Made by a program: the position numbers and the translations under genes
Notes under the pieces: generated by a model
The model's input: the letters and a program-made list of their open reading frames with translations, nothing else
The model's database searches: none
Told to the model about the DNA's origin: nothing
Origin: Eledone cirrhosa
Taxonomy: Eukaryota
Direction: 5' to 3'
Assembly: GCA_964016885.1 (NCBI GenBank)
Contig: OZ024741.1
Span: forward strand, 223,138,001 to 223,202,000
DNA: 64,000 nt
Shown here: one piece after another, positions 26,830 through 40,329 of the stretch
Numbering within the stretch: the stretch's first letter is position 1
How the letters are laid out: each line of letters opens with the position of its first letter

Positions 26830-28350
26830 GTTCTATGCCTAGGGCCAGGCAGTGTTTTAGCTGCACCCTGCAATCAAAACTGCAAAAACATTTCCGCGAA
26901 CAATGGCCAGCAACACCCGCTGCAACAGCCACTCAATATCACAGGGCTCCTTCCTCACACGGGCTGCTAACATCCCAATTTTATGGAGCTCAGCAGTACA
27001 AAGTCCAAGGACACCTGAGATCTCAACGGCAACTGGTGCGTAGAGCAAGTGGCTAGACAAGCTCCAGTATTTGCTTGTCTTCTTGTCCTCTGCATTGCAG
27101 GCTGCAGTACTGGGGTTTGTCGCCAAAATGACTAGGCTAGAGATGGAGAATGTGTCACAGCAGATCTCATCCTAGATGAGGGATTCACCTCCTTCGAATG
27201 GGAAGAGGGCAATTCTGTTGGGGCGCTTGCCTTCTCCGCGGTCGAAGCCTGCTGGCTCAGTTGTGATGGGAAGCCAGCTGCATCAAGGCTCCTTCTCAAT
27301 ATGTCATTGAGAGCAGCAGGTCGGGAGTACTGGCCTGCTCTCCTGCGACATGCCAGTGGCATTTGAGGGGCTCACGCATGCTGAGTTTGAAGCATTGGAC
27401 CACTCCAATGCAAGTGCACTTGTCATCTAGAAGGGTACCAGTTGATGAGGAAGGCCCCAAATTGAGGCATGCACCACTATTTGGCTGCAAAGCAGATCAG
27501 AGACCTACGGGGCAGTGCTGGTCCAAGCCAGTCTTGATCCACCTGGAGGAAGATCTGCACTTGATGTCATCCCAGTTACATTGGACATTTGTATAATGGG
27601 GGAGAAAGAGGCTTTCACCTGTCCGGTTGGCCAGAGCCTGCTCAAGTTCTGGGGCCACATCAGGTTCGGCCATCTTGCTAAGGACCTCGCTGATGAGGGT
27701 GCGACTGGAGGAGATTGAGGAGAAGTAGACTGGCAGTGCTAGATCTAAAGCGGATTGGAGGCTGAGACCACTGAGCCTTGCTGAGAGCTTCGATTGTTGC
27801 CAGCCGGCGCTGTCGAAACTGACATTGCAGATGAGTTCGGATGATGGCTTTGAGTTCACCAAGGCAATCTGTGTGGGGTTGACAAAGTGCACCATGCAGT
27901 GTGAACAAACATTTTTGATGAACCAAAGCACTTCTTCAAGAGGAAGAGTGCCGAATGAGTGTCAGTGAAGTGCAGCCTCTTTGCCATTTGTGGTAAGTCT
28001 GCATGTTTGGTCTCCAGGCACTTTTGTATGGATTTTGAGAGAATTCGAGAACCGAGAATGCAGACAGTGTCTTTGGGCATTAGCCGAACCCCGGACAAGA
28101 TAGGATGGAAGCTGAGTACGGCGTTGTGGAATTCAGCCTTTTCATAGCTAACGTTTATCACCTTGAATGAATTGATCTTGAATCCGAGGAACTATAGAGC
28201 TGGGAGGATTAGTTGAAGGCCCTCAATTACCATCTTAACCAAGCCACCCAGGATTGCATCATCCAGGTACCAAAAGTTGAAGGGCAACGTTGTCAACTGC
28301 CAGTGCAATGTGGAGCGAGCCAAGTGTGTCTCCTTGCTGGACACCTATAG
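26830..28350 (-). mobile_element. Decayed CRE-like non-LTR retroelement (RT plus restriction-like endonuclease)
   Basis: GVQQGDTLG, NFWYLDDAILGG, WQQSKLSARLSGLSL, ALNDILRRSL, AEDKKTSKY, PVAVEISGVLG and WLLQRVLLAIVRGNV across frameshifted ORFs. Confidence 0.8.
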
Positions 28351-29679
28351 TGGAAGTAGCATGAATAAATAAATACTTTAATGAAAGGAATGGGGTGAAG
28401 TAAAATAAAATTTAGAGAGTAAATAAATAAGTAGGTGGATAGATGAGTAGCTAAAGTATGCACACGTACCACATACTAAAATTGTCTACACACATGCGCC
28501 TGTGTGTATCATACACATGCACACACATATGGACGTGCTACAGTCATACACCCATACAAGAATCAGGGAAGAGGAGGTGGTAAAGCTATCTGCACATATA
28601 CACATGAGAAGTATAATATGTAAAAGGAAACTTACAAGATGAGTAGTGGTTGTTCGATGGTACATGGTTGGTAGTAGGTGAATACACTAGGTAAGGAGTG
28701 GGAGAATGGGATGTGGACCAGGGGTGTTTGCAAGTAGGTTCCCAGGGGAAGTATGAGTGTTGAAGCAAAAGTGTAGGGTGGGGGATTAGTCCAAGTACAA
28801 GTCACTGCTCAGGCTTAAATGCAGATTGGTTCAGGGTTCTGGTACTTGGTAGGTGTAGAGCATTAGCCTTCAGAATCATGTGTTAATTTGAGGCATAGGT
28901 ATGATTTTGCATGTGGCGCATACATTTGGTCACCAGTTCAGATTTTTTATTTATTAATATCTCCCTGTCGAACAAAATGCAAAGTGCCTCGGTCGAGGAC
29001 AAGTTGCAAGGGCCTCTTCCTCCTGTGTAGGGTAAGGCCCTGGTGATGGTCATCCAGCACAGTTGATAGGGTAAAGCCCTGGTGATGGTAGTCCAGCATT
29101 GGTCAAGTGTTCAGTTTTTATATAATCGCCAGAGGTGGGTGGGTTGTACCACGTAGCCCTACATTTTCTGTTCCAGCATTGATTGCATGCCTCTTAGGAT
29201 CCAATGAATTCTCTGTCTTAGTTAAATCTGTTACATTGGGACGTGTAGTAGGGTGCATGCCTATGGGAGATCTGCTCAGTCGCAGACAGCAGGGAAATTC
29301 AGATGGAGACATTTTTAGTTAGGTTAATGATAAATGAAGCGGGGGTGGTTGGAGATCCTTTTCATATATTGGAGGATCTTGTTGGGCTTCCTGTAAGGGT
29401 AGTATAGTCCAGTTTCGAGGAGGCTTGCTGAAACCACTTGGTGCCGTAGTCAGGATTTTACGATGCATTGAGTGCACCCATAATTAATGGTCTTCCCGGT
29501 CTCGGCACTACAGACTTTCTCTCTCTAGTCTCCTCTATCTTTCTATTTCTTCTTTAATTTCTCAATCTATTTTATGATTCATCATAAAATAGATTGAGTT
29601 GCCTCCTCTTGAGAATATCTTCTTTGCATGTTGAATGTTGTTCTATAGACTTCCTTTTCCAGATGTAAGCCATTCCTGC

Positions 29680-30900
29680 CAAGCTGAGGATCGACTGAGA
29701 TGAAATAATTGTCCTCAGCAATGGTAGCCAGGAGTGAGGATAAAGGGCGGTAAAGAAGAGTATTGTGAAGCTGGCGAAGAGCCTCAGCCCTATAGAGGTC
29801 AATGCTCCAAACCACCACAGCACCACCTTTGTCAGCGGGTTTGATGACAATGTCATCGCGACGCCAAAGGTTGCGTGATGTTAGAGTGACGAGAATGCTG
29901 GTGGAAATGGAACCGGTTCACAGTACGACGGCAAGTATCGATAAAGGAGTCGAAGGTGCTGAACTGGCCAGAGCTCGGCATCCAATGTGATTGCCAGCGA
30001 CTGAGACGAGTGCAGTCATCCGTCTGTGTTGATGATGGCGTGTCGTGAAAAAAGCTGTCAGCTTTAATCGACGGAAGAACCCTTCAATATCGGCACGTGT
30101 GCGGAACTCGTCACAGGTAGATGTGGTTGGTATAAAATGCAAACCACGGGCGAGGAGGGAGCGCCCAGCTTCGGAGAGTGGTAGGTCCTGGGGTATGGTG
30201 ACTACAGTGCAGGGACGTGAGGGAGTGAAAGGGGGCGGAGGTGGAGGGAATAAGGTGGTTGGGCAAAGCGTGTGCAAATTCAGTGGTGGAAGGTGACGGA
30301 ATAGAGGGGTTAGGGTTGGAGATATGAGTATGGGTGGTGACGGCAGACAGGGAGCAGAATGAGTGGAGTTTGTGGTTTTTTATGGAAGTGAGGAAATTGA
30401 AAAGGAGGTAATTGAGGTAAAGGCTGAATTGGATAAGGGATTGGGTGAGGAAAGGGTGGCAAGTGGAGAAGAGATGGCGGGAGAACGGATTTGGGCAAGA
30501 GTTGATCGAATAGTTGCCCGCATGAGTTGGCAAGAGGAGCGGGTAAGGATGGGCTCAGTGGTGGGAGCAGAATACGAGGTGGGGTGAAACTTGAGGCATA
30601 AACCTCGGGGAATGAGGTAGTGGTGGAGACAGCGACTTAAAAAGGTAATGTGACCATTATATCGTGTTTTGGTGAAGATGAGGTTGGAGAGATGCAGGGA
30701 GGATTGGATGCATATGGGGGGGGGGGGGGGTTGGAGAAAGTGCTTGAGAGTGGAATGGAGCTGGTGGAGAAAAGATTTGAGATTGGGCATATTGAAGGTA
30801 CTAGGGTGGGAGTGAAAAATAGACGGATGAGAAGAAGGTGGTGTAAGAATATTTTAGTAGAGGAAAAGTGATAGAGAGTCGTGGAATATTTAAATGCTAG
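29680..30900 (-). mobile_element. Penelope-like element, N-terminal half (inverted relative to the 3' half)
   Basis: HITFLSRCLHHYLIPRGL, LSEAGRSLLARGLHFIPT and DDIVIKPADKGGAVVVW are characteristic PLE ORF motifs. Confidence 0.85.
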
Positions 30901-30959
30901 AAGCAAAGAAAATTTTGATGATACGAAATATTTCCTGGTGGAAGTTCAGGTATACTGCG

Positions 30960-32690
30960 ATGCCAAATTGTTTGTTGGCTACATCAAAGCCCAAATATTC
31001 TCCCAGTACGCTGGACTGACTCCTGAGATATATGGTCATTATATCGATGACTGTATTGGTGCCACCTCTCTTTCACGAGAACAGCTCGACTGCTTTCTTT
31101 CTTTTGTCCTATCTTTCCATCCTGCTCTCACTTTCACTGCCTCCGTCTTCGATTCTTCTGTCCCTTTTGTAGATATCTCTCTATCTATTAATCACCCTCA
31201 CCACACCCTCTCTACTTCCATCTTCTATAAACCAATAGATTCCCACTCTTACCTTCACTTCACCTCCTCCCATCCAACCTACACCAAAAACTCCATACCC
31301 TATTCCCAATTCCTCCGTCTTCATCGACTCTGTAGCCAGGGCGACGATTTCAAAACCCATTCCCTTCACATGGCATCCTGCTTCATCCAGCGTGGATATC
31401 CCCCCACACTGATCCAAGCTGCTCTCACCTGCACCCGTGAAACAGACCCTACCACAGCCCTCTCACCTCACCCGCGTTCCTTTCCCTCTCACCTACCACC
31501 ACATCACCCTATCACTCCGGCGACACATCCTCCGTTCCTTCCGCATCCTCTCTTCTGACCCCGTCACTTCTCGCTTTTTTCCAAACCCACTCATTAACTG
31601 CTGCTTTTAAGCGCGCCCGCAATCTCTGTGACTTCCTGGTACGCAATTCCTTCTCATCCTCTCGCACGACTCCACCCAGCTCTCATCTTTGTTCTCGTTC
31701 CCGCTGCAACACTTGTCCCTTCATTTCCACCCTCACCACTCTCACAGGCCCTCATAGGTCTTTCCGTATCCGCCACTCTTTCACCTGCACATCCATCCAC
31801 GTTGTCTATGCCCTCTGGTGGTCTTTATACATAGGACAAATGGGATGCCATATGGCAAACCGTTTTGCTGAGCATTTGAGTGACATACGACTAGGTTTGG
31901 ATACTCCTGCAGCCCGTCATTTCTGTTCTCCTGGTCATTCTTCCCTACATGTTTCAGTCCTGGGTGTCCTTTTACATCATGGATCACAGGCCTTGCGCAC
32001 CAGGACTGAACAAAGTCTGATTCACCGCCTTGGGTCCTATTCCCCTCTTGGACTCAAATCACCTCCCCAATTTCATTAATACCCCATCCATTATCACACG
32101 TGCTTGTACATTCACCCCTAGATTCCTATTGCTCTCTCATGATCATAAAGATTTTCTCTTACAACTAATACAGACTGTCTGTATACACACATACACACCC
32201 TTATATTAACATACTTTTGCTCATAGCTTCGTACTTACATGCACACATACTCTTTTACTTACATACACACACACATTTCTTCTTAGCTTCGTACGGACGT
32301 ATAACACACACATACACAGACACATACATGCTTATGCATGTGCACAAGTATAGCTCTTTTTACAAAACGTTTTTTTTTTCCATTTCAGGTAGTTGTGCTC
32401 CATCATCCACTTTTCTAAAAAAGTATATCATACACATAACGCCAGCACCAACAGTTTTCCAAGAGATGTCAACATGAATGAACCTGTTATTTTTATCTAA
32501 AGACATTTTTTCCAATTCCAACCCGCCTGTCCCCTCAATCTATCTTATTTCTCATTCTTTCTTCTGATGAAGGACTAGCATCCAAAACGTGAAGACCCTC
32601 TTCCTGCTATTTCAAGCATTAACCTAATACATCCCTTCCATATACTGTACCAATTGTGTTGTTATTTCAGTTTACCTTTTACATACATAT
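30960..32690 (+). mobile_element. Penelope-like element, RT C-terminal half, GIY-YIG endonuclease and 3' terminal repeat region
   Basis: YIDDCIG, FYKPIDSHSYLHFTSSHP, SIPYSQFLRLHRLCS; VVYA...YIGQ...RFAEHLSDIR; degenerate hammerhead motif at 32560-32595. Confidence 0.88.
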
Positions 32691-32695
32691 ATATA

Positions 32696-33139
32696 CTAGA
32701 CCTGAAAAATGCGCAAGCTCAAAAGAGCCACAGAATGTTATAATAAACCTTCAAAAGTGTGGGAGTAGAGTTGTTGCTCAAAAATATTGTAATCATTATC
32801 TATCGTACACTCTGTGGCATCCTTTTATAAAAAAGAGACTCATAATGAACTCAAGACGATGAGATAATTATTTAAGCTAATGTTCAATATCTCATATTAG
32901 ATGTTTAGTAATGATTAATACGGAATGCACTTAAACCGACTTCTATATTATAAATTTACTTAAATAATTATCGTGTCGTCTTGAGTTCGTTATGAGTCTC
33001 TTTTTTATAAAAGGATGTCACAGAGTGTACGATAGATAATGATTACAATATTTTTGAGCAACAACTCTAGTCCCACACTTTTGAAGGTTTATTATAACAT
33101 TCTGTGGCTCTTTTGAGCTTGCGCATTTTTCAGGTCTAG
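32696..33139. repeat. Fold-back element with ~164-bp near-perfect inverted arms, bounded by CTAG at both ends
   Basis: 32696-32859 is the reverse complement of 32976-33139 with few mismatches. Confidence 0.9.
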
Positions 33140-34419
33140 TTTAATTTTTTTTAAGACAACGCTTGTAATAACTCTAGTTAAACATGATATATATTAATAA
33201 TAAATTATCGTTGTAATGTAATTAGATTGTTATTTTATAAATGATCTTATAAATATTATTGTAAGATGTATAAAAATATTTTCAGACTTTTAATATAAAC
33301 AACTACAAAAAACAATCAATATTAAATAAATATATTTTACATAATAATTGTTATAGTTGAATTAATAAAAATTAAATATTACATACAAATAGTCTAACAT
33401 AATAAAAAAAATAATCTAACATAATAATAATAAAATAATCTAACATAAAACGAACAATAATATGGACAAATATACAAGTAAATATGATACAACCAATATT
33501 ATAAGCATGTTATAACGAACTGAAAAAAAAAAGTTAATATAAATTTAAAAAATCATATATAAATTAACAATATAACTTACCAAAATGAGAAAAATATTTT
33601 GATGATAAACGACGAAATACAGGAGGAAGATTCGAAAGTGAAACGATAAATAAACGTGCAAATAAAATGGCAGATGCTTTTGAGCAACAATTACTCTCGT
33701 TGGTTGATTAGCCAATAAGAGGATGAAATTAGTCAATAAGACGATACCTTACAAAATATGTTTGGCAGGGATCACCACGGCCAGCGATACTCCTTGAATT
33801 TTTTATTCACACAGACACGCAGACTTAAAACATTCTGCTGTTAGTCACTGCGTGTCTAACAGATATATATATATATTAGAGGGGAGACAGAGATAGGTGT
33901 CTGATGGCTAGTGCTTGTAGAGGAGGGACAGGGATATATCTATGCATGTAATTTCTTTTGAAAAAATTAAATAAGGACTAGTTTGCATATTCAGTTTTCA
34001 TATACATATTCTAGCTTCCTTCTCACCTGTCTGTTTGTTTCACTGAACAGGAGTTAACACAGGAAAATGCAATAAAATATATTAGAATTAAATTGACTTA
34101 CATTTTTTAATCTGTCATTCAAGATGACACCAGGAATTATTGGCAAACTATTTTTTCAGCCTGTGGTGTTAGACATTTGAAGGAGCTGGTGGGTCACTGA
34201 CAAGGTTATAGTCATTGTTGGTGGCTTGCCTTACCAATGTATCAGGTGATACTCCTAGCGAGGGTGCTTGGTTATTCCAGTATCTTAGCTTCATTGTTAT
34301 CCGAGGCAATGCTGCAACTGTATTGGCTTACCTAAAAAATTATTAGAAGGAAATGCCAGTGCACCTTGTTGTAGTATGTAATTGAGTGTGCAGGTTTTTT
34401 CACATCTTTTTTTTTTACT

Positions 34420-37186
34420 AGGGGATCAAAAAGTTGAATTCCCTGAAATATAAGTAATACACATGTAAAGTTTGAAAAAAGTCGGTTGGGTACTTCTTGA
34501 GTTTTAGGGATTCAAACTCACAGACACAGACAGACAGACATCCTCAGGGAAGTGACGTAATGCAGACAGTCAGACATACAGACAGATATTATAAGGGCGC
34601 GACGTTATATGTATGTATCTATCTAAAAAAAGAAAGACTAAGAATTATAGAGAGAGATCGTTAAATCGCCTAATGCGGTCCCTAGGACATTTGAAATTTG
34701 TTTTGCCCAGAACACTCCCTGAAACATAAGTATTACATGTGTAAAGTTTGAAAACAGTCGGTTGGGTGGTTCTCGAGTTTTAGGGATTCAAACTCACACA
34801 CACACAGACAGACATCCTCAGTTTTATATATATAGACTAGCAGAAAACCACCCGGGTGCGGTTTTCTGATAGTCTATATATCTAAAACAGAGAATATCTG
34901 TCTGTCTGTCAGTTCACTAAAACTTGAGAACCATCCAACCGATTGTTTTCAAACTTTAGACATGTAATACTTATGGTCCTGTGAGTGTTTTGAGCAAAAA
35001 TTATTTCAAATTTTCAATGCCCTAGGGACCGCATTAGGCGATTTAGCGTTCTCTCTATATAATTCTTAGTCTTTCTTTTTAGATAGATACATAGATATAA
35101 CGTTGCGCCCTTATAATATCTGTCTGTATGTCTAGCTGTCTGCATTACGTCATTATGACGCGCTCAGTGTGTGTGTGTATATATATATGTATCGTAATGC
35201 AGACAGCAAGACATAGCTTTCCTTCCCCTCTTCCAGCGTCTCTCTCTCTCCCTCCCGCTATCCTCCTCTTGTAGTCTGTCTCTTTCTTTCACTCTCACTC
35301 TCTCTCTACGCGTAGGACAGACAGACAGAGAAATTGCTGGTTATATATTATAAGGAGATTACAAATTCGATTTTTACACTTGGCGTGGGTCGATTTGAAA
35401 ATGTTTTTGACCAAAGACTCCACCGGACCTTCATCTATAAGTGTAGCAATTTCACCGAAATTTGAACGTACGGTTTAAGAGGAGATGTGTGCCGAAGGTT
35501 TTACTAGACAGACAGACAGACAGTGACTCCGCCGGACCTTCATCTATAAGTGTAGCAATTTCCCCGAAATTTAAACGTACGGTTTAAGAGGAGATGTGTG
35601 CTGAAGGCTTTAGTAGACAGACAGACAGACAACCTCAGCTTTACATATATAGACTTGAAAGTCAAGAAATGGTGATTGTCGCAAATAACGCCAACAGAGG
35701 CAGACTCATTAGAGCCAATAGAATGTTCCCCAAAATAATATGGGCCGAAGCCGAAAAAATTTTGTTTGGCAGCTCTAATTGCGCCTTAATTTTATTCAAA
35801 AAATTGTATACTAACATATTCGAATACCAGGCACTATTGGAATCAACAATAGCAGCGTCCTGAGGGTCATTACAAAACACAAATTCGCGAGAATTAGTGT
35901 TTAAGGCTTGGAAGGTGGTAAAAAAAATCCACAAAATCTTCCATTCTTTTTTTTTTTAAATTTATTTTTAATAATATTTAAATAACTGGCGGTTAGAAAA
36001 AAATATTCCTATGAAATTTTAATCATACCATTAGGTGTGAATAAGGAAATATTTTTTTATTGTCAAAACAAATGTTCAAAAGTTAAACTTCAATTTTTTT
36101 AATTATTTCCAATTTTTTCATGAAATTGAACACTGGACATTGGCTACTGGAAATGGAAATTAAATCGTATTTAATTGTATTTAAATTTCTAACCTTATTT
36201 TATTATTTATATTTTTTCAATAAGAAATAAAAAAAAAACAACAAAAAAAATTGAACAAATCAAACGTAGGTTATGGAACTGTGCAATCTGATTAATAAAT
36301 TACCTCATCAGCAGCAACCTTCTTCAAATGGTCCTTATTATCAGCAGCAACAACCACAAATTCAATGGCAACCTTCTTCGCATGGTGTCAAGTCAGAACC
36401 GGTGCAAGGTGTCTCTATAGCAACCAGCGATTCCCTCGGCCTCAGTGACCAAAGTCAGTGGAGAGGGGAAGGTAATGTTTCTGTAGCACGTGTTTTAGCG
36501 CTTATTCACTCTCTCTCTCTCCCTCCCGCTATCCCCCTCTCGTAGTCTGTCTCTTTCTTTCACTCTCACTCTCTCTCTACGCACGTGTTTCCACTGTCGG
36601 ACAGACAGACAGAGAAATTGCTGGTTATATATATAAGTAGACTAGCAGAAAACCATCCGGTGGGCGGTTTTCTGCTAGCAAATCTAGTGTATATACTGAT
36701 ATTGTTGAGATTTGGATGAGAAATGTTTTCGGCACCACATGTTCACCGTCTCTCGGTGTGTCTTTTATGCATGTATAAATATATATGTTATCTATACGGT
36801 GAAATCTTTGAAATAAATATATGTTAAAACGAAAAAGGAGAAAAAGAGATTAGTGACGGAAATATAAACGTTATGATACATAAACGTTATGATATAACGA
36901 TGGAAATATATCTTCAAATGGTCCTTGGCATGGCGTCAAGTCAGAACCGCCTTGAACTGGTTACTTCTGGCTTGTGCAAGGTGTCTCTATAGCAACCAGC
37001 GATTCCCTCGGCCTCAGTGACCAAAGTCAGTGGAGAGGGGAAGGTAATGTTTCTATAGCGACAGTGTTTCTCTTGGTAGTACCAAAGTGGAGAAAGGAAG
37101 GGGAAGGTAATATTTCTGTAGCACCTACATTTGAGTTTTAGGGAAGGACAGACAGACAGACAAACAGAGAAATGCCCATATATTTC

Positions 37187-37241
<55 letters not shown>

Positions 37242-37267
37242 CACACACAGAAATGTATATATATTTC

Positions 37268-37308
<41 letters not shown>

Positions 37309-38130
37309 CACACACAGAAATGTATATATATTTCTGTGTGTATATATATATATTTCTGTGTGTGTATATATATATTACACACACAGAAATGTATATATAT
37401 TTCTGTGTGTATATATATATATATTACACACACAGAAATGTATATATATTTCTGTGTGTATATATATATTACACACACAGAAATGTATATATATTTCTGT
37501 GTGTATATATATATATTACACACACAGAAATGTATATATATTTCTTAGAACAAAATTATTATTAATGTTTTGCTGTTCATAACAATTGGAATTGAAAAAT
37601 TACTTTTGAAATTATTAGTTATTTTACTAATGCTTAGATATGTAAAAATGAAGCAATGTTTCTAATAATTGTTTCTACTTTTGGCACAAGGCCAGCAATT
37701 ACCCAGTACATTACTGGTACTTTATTTTATCGACCCCGTGAGGATGAAAGGCAAAGTTAACCTCGGCGGTATTTGAACTCAGACCGTAAAGGGACGTAAC
37801 TCCATGCTATGAAGCATGGTGTCCGACTCTCTACAGATTCTGCCAATCCACCGCGCTAATGTCTGTACGTAATGAGGGAGTGAGAGGGGAGAGAAAGAAA
37901 GGCAGAGGTGAAGTGACTCTCTCCTCCTCCATCTCCCCATTTGTCACAGCGATAGAGGGGAGGAATGTTAGTGTGTTACAAAGAGAAAGAGTGAGAGTGA
38001 GAGAAACAGACAGACTAAAAGAGAGGGATAGCTCAGAGAGAGAGAGAGAGATAGCAACCACGTGCGCACGTGTTTCCACTGTCGGACAGACAGACAGAGA
38101 AATTGCTGGTTATATATTATAAGGAGATAA
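34420..38130 (-). mobile_element. Cluster of non-autonomous Helitron-like elements (tandem and inverted copies) with (CAGA)n microsatellites
   Basis: hairpin+CTAG 3' ends at 34837 and 36642 (same as at 5983), each abutting a TC(TA)n 5' end; duplicated blocks 35210-35350 / 36505-36640 / 38055-38125; ~108-bp tandem duplication at 35416-35640. Confidence 0.7.
37178..37545. repeat. Tandem array of self-complementary units ATTTCTGTGTG(TG)-(TA)n-TACACACACAGAAAT
   Basis: seen directly; about 6-7 units with variable (TA)n spacers. Confidence 0.9.
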
Positions 38131-40329
38131 GTATTTCTACTTTTGGCACAAGGCCAGTAATTACCCCAGTGCATTATTTGTGCCTTATTTTCTTGACCCC
38201 ATAAGGATGAAAGGCAAAGTTAACCTCAGCGGGATTTGAACTCAGAACGTAAAGGGCCATAACTCTATGCTGCAAATCATGGTGTCTGACGCTCTACTGA
38301 TACTGCCAATCTATCAACCAAAAACAAAAACACTAGAACCAGAATCAGAATGTATTGACACCTTTAGAAATAAACAATACAAATGGAACATTTTAATAAA
38401 ACCTTATGATCTAGTGCAAACACAACAAATTGGGGTTTCTTATATTGGATATTTTTATTTATGACAGGATCCTGGATTTAAATCGGCCTTCCTCTCAAGA
38501 TCCTATGAGTTAATAAATTATGTCAATACTTATCATAGATAATTTCAATAAAGCTTTTATTCAACAGTTAAAGAGATTTAAGGTATAAGGTATCACAGAG
38601 TAATTGATATTATAGATTAACTTATAGAGAATAACAACAGTAATTTAATCAAATAGAAATTTATCATAACATTGTCCTGTAAACAATGCTGTTAGCACTC
38701 TATATCTTTGAATTGTTGAAGTGGCTTTTTGAGATGCATTAGTCTTCTGTATTCCTCAGTAGCTAGTGATGATAATTAATTATTCAGCTGGAGTCCATTG
38801 TATTCTTCAGTTGCTGGAGAAGATGAATCATTAACTACATTGAATAGTTAAGACAGTTAATAAGCAGAGTTCTTTGGGCATTGGATTAAAAATTGCCTCA
38901 GTATTTGTTCCAACTCTGTGCTTTGTGTTCAAATCCCACTGAGGTCACTAAATAAAGAACCAGTTCCCTACTGGGGTCAATTTTTCCTCTATCTCTATCA
39001 CTTTCTTTCTCTCTCAAATAAGAAGTAATCGACTGCATTCTGACCTGGAGAGAGATTGTCTCCCCTAGGTTTAAAATACCCAAGACACACTGTGTTTTAG
39101 AAAGGGCCCCTTATTTACATTGAGTAGTTCTTGATTATATTTATAAACTTCTTTCATAGTCTCAGTTTCTGCATTGGAAGATGTAGTTAAGTCTGCAGAA
39201 AGGACTCAATCCATCGTATGACCAGGGTCAAATTAAGTCCTTTGGAAGCCCTAAGCACTTAAAAGATTATGGTCTCGCCCCCACCACTCCACATATGAAG
39301 TCTGCAATTTTTTTTTAATGACAAATACATTTAATTTTAATAAAATAGTTCTCTTCCCTTGATGCCTTAACCTCTTCAGTGCTGTAGACAAGATAACTTG
39401 TCCTAACATGTATGCATTTCAGTGCCACTGACGAGATAACTCGTGCTAACATATTTCAACTCCTTTCACACAGTTCATAACTTCAAAGACACTAAGGAAA
39501 TGAGATTACCTTATTCACCAAACCAACACACTCTCTGGATCTATGTGTGTGGTCTTGAGTTACAATTAGCTTATCACTTGGCACATTAAAAATTAGGTAC
39601 AATCTTTGAATACATTAAGAATATTCAAGAAGCTTTTGGCCATGTGGCAACAAATTATAAAAATGAAAAGTTTAGCCTATCAAGAATATCTTAATTTTTC
39701 ATACTTCTCCACCATTAATCTTTTGTGCAAAATGTATTCTTTTCATCACAGTAATATTTGTGTGTTATTTGATACAAAAGAATTAAAATTTGACAAGGTA
39801 TTTATTTGTTTCGCTCTATAATACTTACACCAAAACATGCATACACTGCATGAATTGTTTTTATTGTAATTCATGTTGGATTATTTGTGTATTTTATTTT
39901 TTCTATATAGTAATGTTACATTAATTATGTCTAGCCCTAGTACATATATGATCAGGCTGGAGCATCTGCTCTTTCACCTTTTGTGAAAGGGGCACGTTCC
40001 ACTGGTCAGACGCTCCATTCACTGTCAACATCTGCTTGGAGGACTGGGTATGCCATAAATGATGACTTACAGATATGCGTTGAAGCTACAACATCTCTAG
40101 CACTTCTTTGATTCTGAATATGTGTGGTTGCTGTTTGTCAAATGTGTTTTTCCCAGTTTCTCTCTTTAACAAAGAGTTGTAGTCATGAGTCAAGCAAAAA
40201 CCAAGAAACTGGAATCTTGTCAAGTGCTCACAGTCCTCCACCAGTCAGGCAATGCAGTTAGTGGAATTTCCACTTGGGCATTCTAGAGGATAAGTAGTGT
40301 GAAAAAGCAATGACATTCTTGAGGAAGTA

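Noticed and set aside
32560-32595. Active hammerhead in the Penelope 3' repeat
   Set aside because: Core GAAA is changed to AAAA and the cleavage triplet to GUG
36273-36545. Gln-rich 90-aa ORF as a host exon
   Set aside because: It lies within the Helitron-like cluster, part of it is duplicated at ~36910-37055, and it has no recognisable domain
36941-37582. Several YI/CV-rich ORFs of 94-147 aa
   Set aside because: Translations of (TA)n/(TG)n repeats
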